Assembly: GCA_013115125.1 (NCBI GenBank)
Contig: JABANN010000053.1
Coordinates: 62,001-95,598, forward strand
DNA: 33,598 bases
Reading direction: 5' to 3'
Source: Perkinsus olseni
Lineage: Eukaryota
Shown here one piece after another: positions 22,860 through 33,598 of this stretch. Numbering within the stretch: position 1 is the first letter of the stretch; every line of letters starts with the position of its first letter. The notes below the pieces were generated by a model. The model was not told where the DNA came from. It saw only the letters and a program-made list of their open reading frames with translations, and searched no databases. Both the position numbers and the translations under genes were made by a program.

Positions 22860-23614
22860 ATGATGTCCGTCATGAAGCTGTGCACCTACCTGTTCGGATA
22901 TCTGGCTGCCACCCACCTGACCGATGCTGTCGTCCGTAAAGAGGAAAAAGAAATAATGTCAGTCTAGCCTCACATACAACACTCGTCGTTGACGATGCTT
23001 TTAGAGGGTTCATGAGTCCTATCAAGCAGATCAACAACAACTTCATCGCAGAGCAGACTGCTGCCCCCACTGACCAATTGTATGGACCGATTCTCCCTGA
23101 TGGTTCGTGCCCAACCATTCACGGGATCAAGCAGCTTCCCTCTCATGTGGCTAATGTGAGAGGCTGTATCACGGCATTGCCTGGTGATGAGGGTATGCCC
23201 GTTCTCAGTACTCGGTATGCGGGCCAGCCTGCCAAGGGCAAGAAGCATGCCCAGCAGCTCCAGCCAGTGGCCAACCTTACTGTTTGGGAACCCCCAATGG
23301 GACTAAGGAAACATATTCGTGCCACGTTGATTGCTTTAACAAAGGGGTAAGTTAGCCCTCACAAGATAGGGCTTTCGCATATCCTTAGATTCGTAAAGTT
23401 TCGCTATGAGGGCTAGGAATGATTCCGTGGGAGATTACCACCGATTCTCCCTCGGGTTTTGATCTCGATTCTCCCACCGATTGCCGTTCTCGTGGTCTCT
23501 ATGCTTCCCCCGCACTCGTGCATTGCTTCTCAGGATGCAGATTGTCAGAAGGGGGCTGTGTGTGTCTGTACCTGGTTCAGGCTCTGCGTTTGCTTTTACG
23601 ACAACGGGGAGTAG
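22860..23614 (+). CDS. Secreted Cys-rich protein, divergent family copy 4 (4 exons)
   Basis: MMSVMKLCTYLFGYLAATHLTDAVV...LYGPILPDGSCPTIHGIKQLP.../YSVCGPACQGQEACPAAPASGQPYCLG...SCHVDCFNKG/DADCQKGAVCVCTWFRLCVCFYDNGE*. Intron positions and phases match copies 1-3. Confidence 0.82.
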
Positions 23615-24608
23615 CACCTTTAGTCGTGCCTCGCGGAGCTCTCCGAGCTCGTCACTCAGCTTCATTTAGCATGGATGGTAACCCGTAAGTTCAGTGGTTA
23701 CCTTTTTTCATTCCTGTGCCGCATACCAACCCGTCTGCGAGACTGCCGGTATTCATGGTCATGGTAGTCATGTCAGGGTTCTCCTGTTGTACGACCTTCA
23801 CCTATGATAGGTGACCTATCTGTCTATCTTTGAGCGCTAGCTGCGCTGGCGTGCGAGTGTGTGCACGCGTGCTTTTCTCGGGCCGAGCCATGGCCGTCTT
23901 TAGGGCGTATACTCAGTGTCTGAGGCTCATCAGGCTTATGCCTCGGTATCAATAGTGAAACCTTATAGCATCTGTAACGTCCGTCGCTTTCATCGGTCGG
24001 TACCCAGTCCGCAAGGACCTGCGACATGCTGACCTTCAGTTTTCAGTACCATGTTATCCCTGGCGTCATTAATCCACATTGTGACCAGACTTAAAACTCA
24101 GTGTTGCGCGTTCGACAATTTCACATTCCGTTGTGCACTGCGACATCAGCGTGAGGTTCAACCGTTGTCGAACTTGAGTCGAGTTGCGGGATAGCGGATC
24201 GGGAGTTGGCTCAGCCTCTCATTTCTCACCTCTTGCATAGAAACGAACGAGACTTCGAGACACATGTGCGGCCGGAGGGCGACCTGGCAAATGATAGTCT
24301 CCACGGCGATGGTGTGAAGATGGTATTGCAGAGATGCACCACTGAACGGGGTGACAGGAGCCCCGAAAAATGCAAAACGTGTCTCGAAATTTCGGCGGAG
24401 CGATGCAATTGCATTCGGCCAGCCACCGAGCTCTGTGAATCATAAACTCTCTGAGAAACTTGTAGGCTTCAGAATGCCTTCGTAACGACCCTCTTGAGGT
24501 GGTGCTGGAGATGGGAAATATCGGATTGTGCCATCTTATTCGGGGAGGAAAGGTTCGACGGATACTCGCTAAGGGCAGCCTCATAGGGTCTCCTGTTGCT
24601 GGTTACCA

Positions 24609-33279
<8,671 letters not shown>

Positions 33280-33598
33280 TCGCGGCGGTTTTGTATCTTC
33301 CCACCTTCAACCTTAGATATTCCGACCGCGAGGATGATCCAAAGAAGTCACGGAAAGAGTGATTATTCCCTGGTCCCCTGCACCATATGCTGGGACGCCA
33401 GCCCAGCAGTAGCAATCGTTTGCGTTCCATCGCCATTTACGTTCATACTTCTTCGCTTCGTGATCTGTCGTGTTGAGAGTCGTCAGTAATAGTGGTGGTG
33501 GGGGGGGGGGGGGGTTTTTTTGGCCCCCCCGGGTTGTTTTTACCCCATTTTTTACCACATAGTGTGGGGTTTACACCCCCCCGGGGGGGTGGGGCCCA

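Noticed and set aside
33495-33598. G/C/T homopolymer runs and the minus-strand ORF 33313-33558
   Set aside because: Looks like low-quality contig-end sequence. A convergent gene end is possible but cannot be supported.

Overview
Eukaryotic, intron-dense protist DNA with typical introns of ~45-60 nt (GT-AG). This architecture is consistent with a perkinsid alveolate such as Perkinsus (inference). Most ORFs in the six-frame track are exon fragments or spurious. Supported genes: a partial minus-strand tandem-WW/coiled-coil gene, TMEM144 (-), COG6 (+) with a tRNA-Pro(TGG) nested in an intron, an intronless cystinosin-like PQ-loop transporter (-), and RNA polymerase II largest subunit RPB1 (+, about 47 introns). 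Four intact 4-exon paralogs and one inverted fragment of an unnamed secreted Cys-rich protein family (~150 aa) are interspersed; several have near-identical 5' ends but highly divergent mature regions. Most notable observations: (1) the RPB1 CTD (YSPTSPA heptads) is cut by six introns at the identical heptad position into exons of exact heptad multiples; (2) nearly all long introns fold into closed stems, three of them multi-branched in RPB1; (3) orphan Pol III B-box/tRNA 3'-half relics occur in introns and intergenic DNA; (4) the Cys-rich family has a mosaic, conversion-like evolutionary pattern. All structures and alignments were done by eye.
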